DNA of 64,000 nucleotides from positions 1 through 64,000 of the forward strand of contig CAWBGA010000017.1 in NCBI GenBank assembly GCA_963788195.1, written 5' to 3'. Shown piece by piece: positions 61,932 through 64,000 of this stretch. A model generated the notes under the pieces. The model saw nothing but the letters and a program-made list of their open reading frames with translations. It ran no database searches and was not told the origin of the DNA. Both the position numbers and the translations under genes were made by a program. Numbering within the stretch: the stretch's first letter is position 1; each line of letters begins with the position of its first letter. The stretch comes from Nitrospirota bacterium (GTDB lineage Bacteria; Nitrospirota; Nitrospiria; Nitrospirales; NS-4).

Positions 61932-64000
61932 ATGGAGCCTCAAACCGCCAAACGCTTCAAGAAATTCCTGACTGCGACGGGAGTCGGCATCGTTGTGTTT
62001 CTGACCACGGTGGCGCTTCACAGTTCAGGCCTCTTCCAAATTGCCGAACTCAAGACGCTCGACCATCGTTTTCATCAATACGCAAGCCCCCAGGCAGCGT
62101 CTCCGAATATTATCCTCATAGCCGTCGACGAAGCCAGTCTGGAGGCGTTTGGCCGGTGGCCCTGGCCTCGTGACCGACATGGCTACATCACGCAGTACCT
62201 ACAAAAAGCCGGCGCCCGGGCGATCGTCTTTGACGTCTTATTTCTGGAACCGGACGAAGGGGCGGAAGAGTTCGATGCCGCGTTCGCGGATGAGATGCGA
62301 GCCGCCGGTAACGTTTTCCTGCCGTACCTCCTTCAAGGATCGACACCTCTGCCGCCGTCGCTCTACGGCAGCGCAGCCATGCCAATCGAAGGGGGGCCAG
62401 TGAGACGCTTGGCAGAGGGTGTGAAGTTGCCGATTTTTGACTTAGCGATCACTGCAAAGGGTCTCGGGTACATTAACCTGAGCGCGGACCCCGATGGCGT
62501 GATACGACGTCTCCCTCTATTGGCTGGCGGGAACGACCCCAAGTATGCGTGGACGCATCTGGTCATGGGCGTCGCTCGCCACCTTTTGAATGCCGATCGT
62601 GCGACTGTCGGCCCGCGCGCGATTACCGTGGGGAACGCGACCATTCCGGTGACCGCCGATGGAGACCTCGTGATCGACTGGCATGGCGATCTAAAGGAGA
62701 CCTATAAATCCTACTCTGCGGGTGCTGTGCTCAGGTCCTTCTCGGAAATGGAACGGGGCGACCAGCCGTTCCTTGATCCGGGACTGTTCAAGGATGCCGT
62801 TGTGTTTGTGGCGGGCACAGCGGCGGGCACCTACGATCTGCGGGTCACGCCGGTGTCGCCATTCGCGCCAGGGGTGTTGATCCACATGACCGCGCTCGAC
62901 AACATTTTAAGGGGAGCCTACATGCGCGAGGCGCCCGTTTCATTGTTCATCGCCACCATGCTGGTCGTATGCCTCGCGACGGCCTGGGGCTTCATGCTGC
63001 TCCAACACCAGGTTCTGAAGTTTACCGTCGTCCTCGGGCTGGCCGCTGCGTACTACGGCCTGGTCGTGCATGCGTTCAAGAGTCACGGTTTGTGGCTAGA
63101 ACTGGCATTCCCGGAAGCTGCCGTCGGAGCCACCTTTGCACTTGCGGCGAGCGTCGAGTATCTCACCGAGGGCCGGCAGCGCCGGCAACTTCGGGCGGCC
63201 TTCGACAAGTACATGGCGCCCGAAGTCGTGGATGAGATCATGCGCCACCCGGATATTAAACTCGGTGGTGAAAGGAAAGAGCTGACCCTCCTGTTCTCCG
63301 ACATCGCAGGCTTTACCACCATTTCGGAGCGCCTGAGCCCGGAAGAATTGGTCGAGCTTCTAAATGAGTATCTCTCAGCCATGACGGATATTATTCGGCA
63401 GCAGCGAGGAAATGTGAACAAGTACCTTGGTGACGGCATCATGGCGATCTTCGGCGCGCCGCTCGGGGAGCCTACCCACGCCACCCTCGCGTGCTATGCC
63501 GCACTCGACAGTCAGGCGGCTCTCACCAGGTTGCGCGTGGATTGGAAGGCTGGGGGGCGTCCTGAGATCGCCGCCCGAATTGGAATCAATACCGGCGATG
63601 TGGTGGTCGGCAATATGGGATCGCAAACCCGGCTGGAGTATACTGTCATGGGCGATAACGTGAACCTTGCGTCACGGTTGGAAGGCGCCAACAAGTTCTA
63701 CGACACCCCAATCCTGATCGGGCATCGTACCTATGAGCTCGCCCAATCCGATGTCGAGGCGAGGGAGGTGGATCTCTTAAGAGTCAAAGGCAAACACGAG
63801 CCGGTCGTGGTATATGAGCTCCTTGCACGCAAGGGGCAACTGGATCCTATGAAACAGCAGGTCATACAGGGGTACATGGGGGGCCTGCGGGCTTATAAAG
63901 CCCGTGACTTTGCGCAGGCGCACCGCGACTTTGAAGCCACACTTAGACTGGATCCGTTGGATGGACCTTCCAGAGTATATCTGCGTCGGTCTGAAGAATT
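61932..64000 (+). CDS. CHASE2-domain class III adenylate cyclase, running off the window end (absent from the ORF track)
   Basis: GRWPWPR, AIVFDVLF, DPDGVIRR, TM helices, FSDIAGFT, KYLGDGIM, GDNVNLASRLEG, all in the frame of the ATG at 61932. Confidence 0.92.
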   Translation, partial: MEPQTAKRFKKFLTATGVGIVVFLTTVALHSSGLFQIAELKTLDHRFHQYASPQAASPNIILIAVDEASLEAFGRWPWPRDRHGYITQYLQKAGARAIVFDVLFLEPDEGAEEFDAAFADEMRAAGNVFLPYLLQGSTPLPPSLYGSAAMPIEGGPVRRLAEGVKLPIFDLAITAKGLGYINLSADPDGVIRRLPLLAGGNDPKYAWTHLVMGVARHLLNADRATVGPRAITVGNATIPVTADGDLVIDWHGDLKETYKSYSAGAVLRSFSEMERGDQPFLDPGLFKDAVVFVAGTAAGTYDLRVTPVSPFAPGVLIHMTALDNILRGAYMREAPVSLFIATMLVVCLATAWGFMLLQHQVLKFTVVLGLAAAYYGLVVHAFKSHGLWLELAFPEAAVGATFALAASVEYLTEGRQRRQLRAAFDKYMAPEVVDEIMRHPDIKLGGERKELTLLFSDIAGFTTISERLSPEELVELLNEYLSAMTDIIRQQRGNVNKYLGDGIMAIFGAPLGEPTHATLACYAALDSQAALTRLRVDWKAGGRPEIAARIGINTGDVVVGNMGSQTRLEYTVMGDNVNLASRLEGANKFYDTPILIGHRTYELAQSDVEAREVDLLRVKGKHEPVVVYELLARKGQLDPMKQQVIQGYMGGLRAYKARDFAQAHRDFEATLRLDPLDGPSRVYLRRSEE

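Overview
The window is not one continuous genome. It has three compositionally different segments, each with single-base indels typical of long-read sequence. Segment A (1-~12711, very GC-rich, Burkholderiales-like by gene order) carries yicC, a Ser/Thr kinase, a PP2C phosphatase, rph-rdgB-hemW, a GGDEF protein, a MinD/FlhG ATPase, smr, radC, fkpB-ispH and feoAB. Segment B (~12758-20727, GC-rich, possibly Acidobacteriota) carries a 3'-truncated typA, an M49 peptidase, yqgE, udgX, queG and a 5'-truncated acnA. The A/B junction contains what look like back-to-back nanopore adapter remnants, and the B/C junction cuts acnA mid-gene. Segment C (~20728-64000, lower GC, fewer indels, probably Nitrospirota) carries orphan and small genes, addAB, a thioredoxin and zinc-ribbon cluster, a SerA-like dehydrogenase, lnt-prfB-lysS-lolCE-lolD, trpFBA, lpxD, a PEP-CTERM repeat protein, a long housekeeping run from clpC to thiE, nadK, an FNR-like flavoprotein, fumC, gltA and a CHASE2 adenylate cyclase. 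Taxonomic labels are inference. I found no rRNA, tRNA, CRISPR array, prophage or intact transposase, and no multi-gene system I can claim as new. The best leads are a surface-anchored protein built from Cys-paired 29-aa tandem repeats, a probable AUU start for hflX, many apparently leaderless genes in segment C, a SerA-like protein lacking its catalytic His, an unannotated small-protein locus and REP-like palindromes. Boundaries of frameshifted genes are approximate.
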